Assembly (NCBI GenBank): GCA_964247055.1
Contig: OZ176056.1
Location: 3,162,001 to 3,226,000 of the forward strand
Length of the DNA: 64,000 bases
From: Paragordius varius
Lineage: Eukaryota; Animalia; Nematomorpha
Direction: 5' to 3'
The position numbers and the translations under genes are program-made. The notes under the pieces were generated by a model. That model worked only from the letters and a program-made list of their open reading frames with translations. It was not told the DNA's origin and ran no database searches. Every line of letters begins with the position of its first letter. Position 1 is the stretch's first letter. Shown here one piece after another: positions 36,821-49,175 of this stretch.

Positions 36821-37479
36821 TATAATAAGGGTTTATTCGAATGTTCCTACAAAAAAATGGTTAATCAAGTTTTTTGCATTTGCATTTACCTGTGATATTT
36901 ATAATTATTTTGTGGTTTTTTAATGTTCTGATAAGGTTTTTGATGAAAAGCGAAATAATTGGTGAATGGCCTGCTAAAATCTTTGGTAAAATTTTGAACA
37001 GTTCTAGAATCTTCTGCTGGCTTTAGAACTTTGCAGTTTTCTGCATGTGTTGTCGCTATTCCATTCTCCTGGTATTTATCACTATCCTCGTCAAAACTAA
37101 TAAAATTTTCATTTTTAAAACTACAAAATGGCGGTTGTTCTTTCCTATCAAGAAGAAGCATATTTTTATTGGATTCCGAAATAGATTTAAAATGATTAGT
37201 TGCGTTCTCATTATTATTACGGTTGTTTAAAATGTAACAGTATAAATGTTCCGATGAGGGTTCCTGGCCCATACCACTTGAATTTGCGGGCAGTTGGCCT
37301 ACAAACTGAGAAGAACCTTGCAGTTTTCTTTTTGAATTCGTAGCGGATGAATTAATTATCCAGGGAAATTTTGTTTCAAAATTATTATTTGAATTAATCA
37401 AGTTTTTGGGGGGAGGGGGAGGTGCCGGTTTACATGCTAAGAAATGTTCCATTTCTTCCCAATTAATCTTTGAATCCAT
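25654..37479 (-). CDS. TENM: Teneurin (Ten-m/Odz family type II membrane protein), 18 exons, ~2247 aa, C-terminally truncated
   Basis: Phase-consistent exons (minus): 37479-36890, 35609-34473, 33567-33425, 33347-32766, 32615-32515, 32237-31928, 31674-31492, 31407-30814, 30551-30344, 30099-29980, 29578-29200, 28935-28786, 28701-28566, 28481-28329, 28222-28121, 28027-27548, 27114-26933, 26847-25654 (6744 nt). Polyproline intracellular domain, TM segment CNWRKMSLVLFVCSLLSLFFISYLL, GIYVRADSIPTPTQYD motif, EGF repeats, CTDGIDNDNDGLIDCQDSECC, VKGRIIDSFG..VGVRIS..FDMLVNGG, FLWDRKNAYKQAVYG, ILYKGTG, NHL-like region and the first YD-shell strands. Confidence 0.92.
29043..29108. repeat. (TA)n microsatellite, longest in window
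   Basis: ~66 bp pure AT dinucleotide in a teneurin intron. Other tracts at ~6231, 7882, 12450, 20681, 36607, 36785, 40285 and 42728. Confidence 0.95.
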
Positions 37480-40400
37480 TTTGATTTTTTGGTGACAAAA
37501 AAATATTTGAAACGATTGAAAATTTGAAGTTTATGTTTTTTTGGTTAATGTAAAAAATAAATTAGATTAGGTGTATCAGTAAGTCAGTAATAGAGGAGTG
37601 AGTATATTAAATTTTCTTTATGTTCCTGGATTTTAAATGGCCAATTTGTAAGTTTTTTGAAGTATAAATGAATGAGAATTGAAAGATGAAAGATTTTAAT
37701 AAAGTTGTTTCGTCTCCTGAATATCAATAGGTTTAAATTTGTTAAACAATATTTGAATTAGTTTTTTTGGTTCCAATTTTTTGATAAAAGAATATCAAAT
37801 AAAATTTAAAATGATATCCACCTAGCCAATTATGTTTTTAAAAAATTATAACTTCCAATTGTTTAAAAGAATAATCATTTAAAAATTCTGAGATTTTTTA
37901 GACAAATAAATTTTAGAAGTACAGAAAAATGGAGATTAATGGTTTTATTTTTGATAGCTGAGAAAAGAATGTATTAATATTTATAGGATAGAATTCAAAA
38001 TGACACAAGAAAATTAATTTTTATTCTTCCAGGATTTTTTAAATAAGCAAATATTCTGAATAATATGTTTCGTATAAATAAAGATGGTATACTTTAATAA
38101 GAAAAAAATTATAATTATATGTATTTGCTGTCCAGCAATACAGTGTCTCTTTATTATAAATAGCTAAAAGGAAATTTTGGTTAAATAAAGATGAAGAATG
38201 GAATAGAATGGGATTTAAAGATTAAATTTTTTTCTATTCAAGGAAAATAGTTAAATAGCTACTAAAGCTCAATCTTATATCCAAATTAGTATATGAAATT
38301 TCGAATAGTAATAGGAATAGAAATCGATATTATTTAACCAAAAAGAGAATTTAAGCAAGAATTCAGGAGAGAGAAAAAATGTGATTGATTCTAAGATATG
38401 CAAATGTATATCACACATAAACACAAAAAATTAATTTTTTTGTTTAGACTCTGTAAGATTTGTATTAGTATGAGGAAAAACTTCAAAAATATTTTCTGCG
38501 TGTCTTTCTATGAGTGATATATATGTAAGAAAATGACACTTTGATTAAATATTATAAAATATATTAACTGTATATATCACAAAAATGTTTTGTTATATAA
38601 AGGAAGTTGAAAATGTATTATAAAGTCCAAAGAGAATACATCATAAAATATTGATGATAAAATATTACATTATGTTTATAATTTACATATATTGAGGTGT
38701 AATAAATATACATTTCTATAAATGATAAATATCAATTCTTTCCTCTATATAAAAGTTAAGGAACATCATATCTTTTTTTACACCTGAGATATAGGTATAA
38801 ATATAATTTAACCAATTATATATAATTATCATTTTTTTGTTCTGTTGATAATGGATGATACAATAATGTTAAAAGGTGGTCTTGTCTAAAGATGTTAGAA
38901 TAAAATAATTTATGCATAATTTTTTCCAAAATATAAAAAAGTCATTTATAGAAACCCTACTATTGCTTTTTTATAAGGCTTAAACCTTGATTTTTGCCTT
39001 TTTAAAGATGGTTTTTATGTAATTATAAATATATTATATAATCATAAAAATATTTTTTTTATTATAATTAGCCATTTCGTGTTCAAAGATCAGGTGTGGT
39101 TAGGCATTAAAAAAGTAAAATTTTATTTTTGCATTTTCAATATTTTTTGTCAACATATTAAATAAATTTATATGTATATTATGGTATTTTATTTGAGATA
39201 TTTAACACCAAGGTGTGTAGCTATAAGATTTTACCATTAGATTAGATTTTTTTGCCAATATTATAAATAAAGATTATTATCAAATATATACTTTATTTAT
39301 TATTATTATTCATATTTCAAGTGCAAATTTATTAATCTTAGGTAAATAACGGTTTACCTATATATATATACTTTACTTTTAATATTTGTTTAAGGAGTCT
39401 AATAGAGTTTTAAACATAAATTATTTATAAAGCTCTTATATTTGACCACACACTAATTTTAAAGTTTTTTTAAAAGTTTTGACAGAATAAATAATTTAGA
39501 ACATAAAAGTATAATTGTGATAGAGAGTTACATTAATATACAGTATGTGAGGAAAGTCAATTAAAACTTCAGTAAGATAATTATTATGTAATTGTTGCAA
39601 TTTTTACACTAGAAAAACTTTTGACGTTGTCTTAAGTGCTTTTAATATTTATTATAGTGTTTTTTATAAAAATTTGACGCCATAATTTTTGCCTAGTTTT
39701 GGCAAACAGGTGATATACGAAAAAAATAGTTTAATTACAGCATACCAATGAAAAGTTAAAACCACTGTACGTAACCATTAGTTTAAAAATTATAATTACA
39801 GCTATATAGTGTTTGGAGGTATGGTAGGCGGCATCATGTAAATTTCAAAGATGTGCGTCAATTTAAGGTCTTAAAAAATATCGGGGATATATAACTTATA
39901 GGCAAACATATTTTGAATTTTAAGTTTTATCGAAAACAATGGCCTGATAGCAATTGTATTGGATAAAACAAAAAATTGGGATAATTTTGAAATCGTCTGC
40001 CATGGTAATACCGTTAATATAATTACCATTTTTAGTTTGTTTGCAACATAAGGTTTATTTACTATAAATTTTTCAAAATTGGAAAAATATCTTTGATGTA
40101 TAGTGAGAAGGCCTTGATGTCAAAATTCTGACAAATTTACTTACTTTAAAACGTAAAACGCACATAGGAAACATAATTATTTATTCTATTTTGTCACCAA
40201 AAAATGGTGTGTGATTTATATTTTTAATGCCAAAAATAAAATAAATGATGATTAAATATCCATAAATTTAAAAGGATTAATGTAATATATATATATATAT
40301 ATATAATATTTTTAGACATTACCGGTAATAACTTAGTTTTTCTATCCAACTTGCGTCCTAATTTTTATATGTTTTATACATATAGCATAATAAAAATAAT

Positions 40401-42794
40401 GGAAGAAACAGGAATAGGAATTGTAAATTAGCCTCAAAAAGTAAAAATCATAAACGTAATTTGTATTGGCTATAACGGAAACACTTAAAAGCTTTTTCAG
40501 GCCGTATGTAATAATATACCTAAAAGTAATGTTCTGCATTACATATATTTCATCTTAAAATTATTTCTCTAACATTAATAATATTAATGCGTTTATTGTA
40601 AATTACATATTATGGGAACTTTTTGTTAGTTAAGAAAGTTAACTTATGGATAAAAGATTGGGTATTAACCCCGATTAAATTTTTCATTATTAAAACTAAT
40701 GGTTAATAAGAATGATAAATTTATATATACCACTTTTTAGTTTGGTTATATGAGTTGTTTTATTTTAGTTTTAACGACAAATTTACATATTTATATAAAT
40801 TATTTTCTCATAAAGTCAAAATTTAATTAATTCAATTAAACAACGGATAAACCGCACTTTAATCGCATATTTTTTTTTCTTTTAAGACTCTTTAATTCGA
40901 TTTAGGGAAAGTCGTCGGCAAATTACCTATTTTTAATCTTTCAAAAAATTTAATTTTTTAAATTTTTTTTGATTTTTGAAAAGAGACAATAAACTTGAAT
41001 ATTATTATTAATTTTGAAGGTGAAAAAAATTTAATAAATATCAAAAATTAAAATTATGCAGTTAATAAGGTGAAAATCCTGGTCAGGTGCATTCCAATAC
41101 AGTAAAGTGAGTACATATATTTTATTTTAGTATAAAAATTGTCTAATAACTACGACGTTTCTAGTTAGTTGAAAAGTGTAAAAAAAATGATAATAGGATT
41201 AACATTTCACACTAAATTAAACATTGATGACAGGGGGTTTATATCTATATATATAATATAGAAAGGTAAATTGCTATATCTCAAATTATATACATGAGGT
41301 TATATATGCATAAGTTTGAAATTATACAGTGTGAGTTTATATTGCGTTTTTTTGTAACATCTTTAAATTTATTTTCATTTAAGAGATTTTAAAATATGTT
41401 TTTAAAATATATTTTCGCCGTTTAACAAATAAATTTTCAGGATTCTATTTTAAAAACCTAAAGTACTGATATATATAAGTCCGATAGATATCAATAGATT
41501 AATTTATGATATGATATGGTAGGTTAGATTTAATCTGGAAAATTAACACCTTGCGGTACTCGATAGCCTATTCTATTTTCTATTGTTTCAAAAAATTATC
41601 AATCCATATTTTATAGCATATCAATTAAATTATTTTGATTGAATATATTATGTATTATATACATTTTGATAGCCGTTGATTGAATTTTATCGAAAATTAA
41701 TAGGTGTCAAAACATATTATTATCATCTTTTTTAGTCTATTTAAATATTTTTTATAAAAATAATCTGTCGGTAAAAATATGGCACAGATGACTTTTTAAG
41801 CAATATTTATATATATGCAGGTGTTAGATTTTGACTAGAAATCATAAATCAAATAAATCCTAATGATAATTATAAGCCTTTTTTCATTTTATATGTTAAA
41901 AAGATTTTCGCTTGTCTAAAACTTCAAGGTGACTCAAAAAATGTTACGGTTTGGAGAAAAAATTTGCGGTGGAAATTTTGTTTTATTTTTAATTAAAACT
42001 TTAGCTGCTGTTGTGCTGTCAAAAAACTTAAATTAAAAAGTTAATTTTATTAAAAATTTAAATATATTTAATTATCACATAATTTTACCTATTTTGACTT
42101 TGAGTTCCCATCCTGCTTGGGTTTTCATACTGATGAGTTTGTTGGAGTATTGTTGAATGATTTGGGTTATAACCCAAAGACGATATATCATTAAAGTCTT
42201 TTAACATAAATAATCGATCCATAATATCTGATTCTTGAGGAATTTGATTCGACATTTTTTTTTCGTTTTTTTTATTAAGCTTATATCATAACATTCTTCA
42301 TTCTGTTTAATCTAAAATATGGAATGAAATGGAATTATTATTACATATATATATTAGTTTGATTGTGGTTTTTAACTGTAAAACTTTATTTATATATGGT
42401 ATTTTAATCCATTTTCCATATTATTATAAAACTAATACCCTTTAAACTACATAATTCTCTTGATTAAAAATTTCTATAAAAAACCATATTAAATATTTAA
42501 ACTAAACTTCTGTAATTTTAAAACTTTATGGGAATTTCAAACATGCACATCATAGGATATTTTAAATTATAAATCATTATGGTGTCTCAACTAGGTCAAT
42601 TTGTTACATCTAAAACTTAAAGAAAAGAAAATATTTTATGACATGGCCACTTTCAAAAAGGTAAAAACATCCCGCTGTGAATATTTGAACAAAAAAAATT
42701 ATAAGGAGTTTGACAAATTGTTTAATATATAGATATATATATATATATATATAAATATTTTTTTATAATTATAAAGTTATAATATAATTAATTA

Positions 42795-42964
42795 CAGTAT
42801 GAGTAAGTATGTATATTGCTAGAAAGTTAATAATAAAATTATTGTTTAATAGGATATATGCAGCAAAGAGAATTATTATTGGCTAATAAAAGTAAAAAGT
42901 GTAAAAATTAACTATAAACCAATAATTATAATGCCCCCTTTGCAATGTATACTTACTCATACTA
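42795..42964. mobile_element. TA-flanked MITE, CAGTATGAGTAAG family
   Basis: CAGTATGAGTAAGTATGTATATTGC / GCAATGTATACTTACTCATACT termini; homologous to 14901-15069. Confidence 0.75.
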
Positions 42965-44544
42965 ATACGCCAAAATTTATAGTAAACATTTCAAGACAGA
43001 TAAAACAAATAAATTTGTCACCAAAATACCAAACACTAGCATTAAAAGTCCGAAATTCGTATTTTAAAATAATTATTCTTCTATGGAATTTTCCAAAAAA
43101 TAGATATTGGAATAAATAACCATCTTTCCTTAATATTAAATTTGTATAAATTTTATTCAAATATTTAATAATTCGGCACGATAATATGAAAAGGAAAAAC
43201 ACACCACAAAAAAAGGCAAAAATGCAAATTTTTACCGCTAATTTTATATGTATGTATATGTATATTGATTTAATACTTATTATAATAATTGGATATTTAT
43301 TAAAAAAATTATGCCTTTTCTAGTAAAAAACCAAAAAAATTTTCTTGGACTTTTTATTACAGTTAAATAAACCGCGAAAAAAAGGATGAAAATATATTAA
43401 AAAACAAAAAACTTGAACAAATGTGTTCCGCTATAAGAATCATCTCCTAGATGCACATATTTTTGGGCAAGATTTTGACTTTAAAAACGACATTATAAAG
43501 AAAAACTACTTTGAAAATCACCATTTTCTTTTAATGAATAATATATTAATTTGGAATTTGTTTGAATTACTTTTTTACATATAAATAATTACAAATTTTT
43601 ATGTTTTTACGTTAATTTTTTACAAAAAATTAGCGGAGATTTATGCATTGAAAAAAAGGGAGTTAAAAGATTAAGATGTGTGTCTTATAATGGCAAAAAC
43701 TTTCAAAAGAATTTTTTTATTTTGGATAAAAGTTTTTTTGACGACTTAAAAATTGTTTGTAAAAATGAAACATATTTATTTATCATAGATTTCCTCGTTG
43801 TTTAATATAACGATTCATTTTTTAGAAAAAAAATTCTTATAAAAAAATGTTGAAACATATTTTGATAATCCCTTAATTTTTAGATCATAAAATGATTCAA
43901 AAATTATAGGCTGTCAGATTTGGAAAAAATTTTATGCAATGGCTAAGTTATTCAAAATCAAAAAAATGTTAATTTTGATTTTAGAAGTGTAGTTTAAACC
44001 AGGGGTGTCCTTACGCGGCCGCGAAAAATAAGAAATCCTTATAAAACCCAAGTAAAATTGAAATTTCTTAAAACTAATTTCCAGAATAATTTCTAATATT
44101 GCAACAACGAACTAGAAGAAAATGTCATACTATGTTTGAATTTATTTTACTTGTCTTATGTAATTTAAAATCCAATAAAATATTTATTTATTTATGCAAA
44201 TCAATCCCATGTATATGTCAAATGCCGGCAGCCGGAATTATTGAATTAAATTTTACCGTTCTTTTAAACAATAATTAGTTCAAATTAATTTTATATTTTT
44301 TCCACATATATTTCTTTATTGTTCACATTTAATTTTCTGAGAATATCTAGGGTATTTTTACAGTGAGGGGCGTAAGTTTAAAAACTAATTTAACAAATTT
44401 AATTAACCATTATTGGTGGACGGACTCTTTTCGCAGTTTTAAATTTTTAAAATATTTTAAGTATTATATTATAAAAATTATAAAAATTGATAATTATTTG
44501 ACAGATATATATAATTTAAAGAAAGTATTTAATTTTATATGATA

Positions 44545-44897
44545 TACCATTTACAATTCATATTCACCCTTAAACAATTCAAATTCACCCTTAAACAATT
44601 CAAATTCACCCTCGAACAATTCAAATTCACCCTCATATAAAATATATGTTTATTAATATTAAAAATTACCAATATTTTTATATATTTTTAAAAAATAAAA
44701 ATTTTGTTTTAAATTAAAATAATATTGAAAAAATATTCAACTATAACATAGACATATATTTCATATTAATAATGAGGTATATTAGTTCGAAAATACATAG
44801 TTTATTTTTAGGGTGATTTGAATTGTTCTAAGGTGAATTTGAATTGTTCAAGGGTGAACTTAAATTGTTCAAGGGTGAATTTGAAGTGTAAATGGTA
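44545..44897. mobile_element. 21-bp-array MITE with 4 units at each end
   Basis: Well-preserved arrays and termini; adjacent to a second copy. Confidence 0.92.
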
Positions 44898-44904
44898 TAG
44901 TATA

Positions 44905-45167
44905 TACCATTTACATTTCAAATTCCCCCTCCAAAAATAAATTATGTGTTTGGCTAATATAACTCATCATTAATATGAACAATATTTTTACGACATAGTT
45001 TATAATTTTTTCAGCATTATATTAATTTTAAACAGAATTTCATATTAAAAATATTATATAATAAAGGTAATATTTAATCATAGATAAACATATAATTTAT
45101 TTGAGGGCGAATTCGAATTGTTTCAGGGTAAAATGAATTGTTTAAAGGTGAATTTGAACTGATGGTA
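44905..45167. mobile_element. 21-bp-array MITE, opposite orientation, 7 bp from previous copy
   Basis: TACCATTTAC start and family core. Confidence 0.88.
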
Positions 45168-45622
45168 TATTTATTAATTTATTAAACTATAATCAGACTA
45201 AGCCTTACGTATTATAAAAAATTATATAAGAATTTAAGTATTATAGGAAACAAACAGTCTTTACAATAAAAATCATACTTTTTAATGTAAACTATAATAG
45301 AAAATTACGAAACCTACCCACTAGAATAATTTATAATTTAACTAAAGTTTTCGAACATTTTTTTGTTAATTCAGTTCTCTAGAGATTTCGACACCAAAAA
45401 AATATGGAATATTAATTTATTCTTTTTAATATTATTGATAAACCAACAACCTTTTTTGCCAAAATTTTAAAATTAAGAGATTAAAATTGAATTAATTACA
45501 TGACATTAACTAAGATGGGTTAAATAAATATGTCTATAACTGATAAGATTAACCAAAACTAAAAAAACACCCTAGTTTTAATTGAAGTTTTAAAAAAAAA
45601 CTAAGTAAAATATGTTGTAGAA

Positions 45623-46298
45623 TGGGGGTGTCCAACATAAATGGCTTTGTGTGTCGCATTTTCAAGATTTTATTCATTTGAAATATGTGATTTGGTATAA
45701 TTTTTGTTTATTAAAAAATTTTAGATTTTCAATGGTTGTAACTCTTTTTTTTAATTAGTATATAAGATCATCCTACATATTAAAATTCTTTTAAAATGTC
45801 GTAAAATAATTTTTGCAGTCATTACACATAGGGGTGATTTCAATACAAGGGGTGCGCAAATTAACAGATTTTTTATTTTTTGGGGTTAAAATTTAAAGGC
45901 CTTTGGTCTTTAGATTGGGCATCTAAATAATTTACTATTGAACCTAGAGCGATTCAAATTTAGAATCTTATCATAGCCTGGAATTTTTAATATAATTTTG
46001 ACAATTAAATAAAGGACTTTTCCATTATTTTTTTTCTGTAATAGAATCATATATACTACCATTAAAATTTTTAAATAGACTCCAGACCTAGACCTAGACC
46101 AATCCAAATTATAAAATGTTTACCACAAAAATTTAAATAAAGAAAAATAAACAAAAAATAAAAGATTATTTATTGAAAGATAATCGGATATATTAGTTAT
46201 GATTGAATTCCAAATATTTTATTTTTTGACAAAATTTGTTTAAATTTTTTCGCATGCCTCAGTGAAAGAGCTGGTGGGCCGCATATGGGACATCCCTG
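45623..46298. mobile_element. Degenerate hAT-like element ends
   Basis: GGGGGTGTCCAAC at 45624 and GGGCCGCATATGGGACATCCCTG ending 46298; TSDs do not match, so the pairing is uncertain. A related orphan left end lies at 44000. Confidence 0.35.
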
Positions 46299-46321
46299 GC
46301 TTCTGTAATTTTTGGTAATTA

Positions 46322-46521
46322 TACCATTTACAGTTCAAATTTACCATAAAAAATGTGTTTTTAAGATTAAAAATTACCTATATTTTAAAATATTTTTTAA
46401 AAATGATTATGTTTAAAATTAATATAATACTAACTAATAAATATCTATGCCATATGGATAATTATGAATGATGAGTTACCAAATTAATTATTTTTAGGGT
46501 GAATTTGAATCGTAAATGGTA
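46322..46521. mobile_element. 21-bp-array MITE (short, one unit per end)
   Basis: TA|TACCATTTAC..GTAAATGGTA|TA with family core. Confidence 0.85.
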
Positions 46522-48367
46522 TATTATAGAAAAGATAAATTTCCAAACCAATGTGCCATACCTCTAATTTCATAATAAAATTAGTTAATCAACTATTGAA
46601 GGCGCCAATAACTAAATGGAAGTCAATTGCTTATAAATAATTAAAAAGTTTGTATTTGATAATTAATTTATAACATTTTTTAAAGAACTGATGTAACTAT
46701 TTTTTATATATAGTTTTATTTTATGTAGTTATATAAATTTAATTTCGTATAAAAAAATAATTTCACATGCAGATAAAAAAATATTTAAAAATTTATCAAT
46801 AATTACCATTTTTAACTGTTGGTTAATTTTTATTATACTAAAAACAATATACCAGCATCTTTAAATTAAAATATATTGAACTTAAAATTTATAAATTAAC
46901 ATAGTATTGGTTTGAAACTTACAGGATTTATATCCTAAAATAATATTTGGAAAAAAATTATATAAATCAGGTGTTTGCACATTTTAAGCCTTTATCTCGT
47001 TTTTATGGCGTTATATATTTCAAATAAATTCCTCGTTATTGCCCAATAATTTCCAATGATAACAAAGTCCATAAAATTTAAAATTGACTTCTTTTTTTAT
47101 AATAAAGTATTAAATTTTGAGCAAATAAATGTTTTATGCATTTCTCTTTTAACAATTTTTCACTATTGAAGTATCTTAGCTATTGTTATAATAATAATAT
47201 TATCGAAAAATTATACATGATGGTAAAAACGATACATCTCAGTATACTATTCTGCTACCGATACTTAACATTTACATAATATAAATAAAATAAAAATAAA
47301 TCAATATTGACCTTTTCTCGTAAAGCATTTGACACATTCAATCAATCCATAATTTTTACAATCAATTATATGTAAATGTTAAGTATAATTCTTAGGTTAA
47401 TTCTTTTGTTTTCAAATGTAATTTCATAAAAATTTTATCAGTAGAAGTAATTATTTAAGAACGCCTGAGGACGATTCAATAAAAAAGAGAAATTTTGATA
47501 TATTTTTTTTCGATAATTATTTAAATTAAACCCAGTGTTCCGCGGCACCCAAATTGAAAAAATATTTTTTCGAAAAATTATCTTTTGAATAATATATATT
47601 ATCAAGACAACCCATTAAATTATAATTTGGACATTTTATACATTATCTTTATCGATGGGGGGATAATGTCAGAACCATTTTATGAAAATCTGTTTAAAAA
47701 ATCATATTTATAAAATCATAGCAAAGTGTAACTAAACTTTGACACCCTGAAAAAATACTGATTTCACAAATATATATGATGTTAAATTTGTAATTTTCCA
47801 AAGAAAACACTTAAAGATACCAATAAATATATAAATACATATTTAAATTTTATAGCCCCTTAATATATTAGACATAAGGTTTTAAAAAACGGTAAATTTT
47901 GGAAAACTTAAAAAATTCTTAAATCTAATGGGTAAGTAAATTTAAAGAAGACAAAAGCTATAACTCCAGTTGATTTCATGACTAATTTTGAAATAAAATT
48001 TTTGCTTCAATCTTTAGAGAAATATTTTTATTAATAAACTTTGTTCTTATATGATAAAAACGAATATAAATTTAGCTTAAGAGCCAAGTTTTATCATTTA
48101 TATTAGTGGTAGTTACCAAAAAAAAATTATAAAGGCCCGCAAGAAATAATTAATATTGTCTCAAAGACCGCGCACAATACAAGGGCCGATTAAAATTTTA
48201 TAGCTGCTTGACAGTTTAATTTCCACTGATATATAATCACAATAAATTTCCATAAACCCAATTTTTTCAATTTATGACGACAGATATTGAATCATTTAAT
48301 ATATCCTATTTTTACAGTTTAACCTAAAAAATTCCCCAAAAATCAAAAATTAAATTTAACAATTTTA

Positions 48368-48638
48368 CAGTAAAAACTGAAATTATACGGACAAAACGTA
48401 AAAATATAAAGACAAATATTTTTCTAAAACTTGATTTATTACAATATAACTCATTATTTTAAATGGTAAAGGGTGAAATAGTGATATATATTACTAACAC
48501 AATCAATTCTATATTTTACAATTATAACTAAGTTGCTTATATGGGAAACATTAGGGTTTTAAAAGTATGGTTGTCTTTAAGAAAAAAATATTTGTCTTTA
48601 TATTTTACGTTTTGTCCGTATAATTTCAATTTTTACTG
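48368..48638. mobile_element. Tc1/mariner(pogo)-like MITE, CAGTAAAAA family, best-preserved copy
   Basis: ~55-bp TIR CAGTAAAAAYTGAAATTATACGGACAAAACGTAAAAATATAAAGACAAATATTTT with TA on both flanks. Confidence 0.9.
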
Positions 48639-48944
48639 TACATTATAAATATTTTTGGAAAATTAAGTATTATTCCTATTATTCTCGAGGGAATATTAAA
48701 ATATTTATTAAGTTTTAAAAAAATTGTGTAACGATTGCATTTGCCTCCAATTAGTAGACTGACTTAATTTTATATTCATAATATTCGATTTTTTAGTTCC
48801 TATCCAGACAAATAATTATTATCGATTTCAATATTTGGTTATAAAAAATTATAACATAATCATGAAAAATTATAATTGGTGACAAAAGGGGTTAAAAGGA
48901 AATACAATTTGGCTGTTTTAAAATTATTTTTTAAAATGAATATA

Positions 48945-49175
48945 TACCATTTGCACTTTAAATTCCCCCTTGAACAATTTGAATTCACCCTAAAATAAAT
49001 TATGTGTTTTGTAAGTGTGAAAATTACCTATATTTTTATATATTTTTAAAAAATAAAATTTTGTTTAAAATTAAAATTATACTGAAAAATAAATAAACTA
49101 AGCCATTCATAAAGATATATTTCATTTTAATAATAAGTTATATTAAACATATAATATTAATTTGAATTGTAAATA
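48945..49175. mobile_element. 21-bp-array MITE (right end degenerate)
   Basis: Left terminus, two units and family core. Confidence 0.75.
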
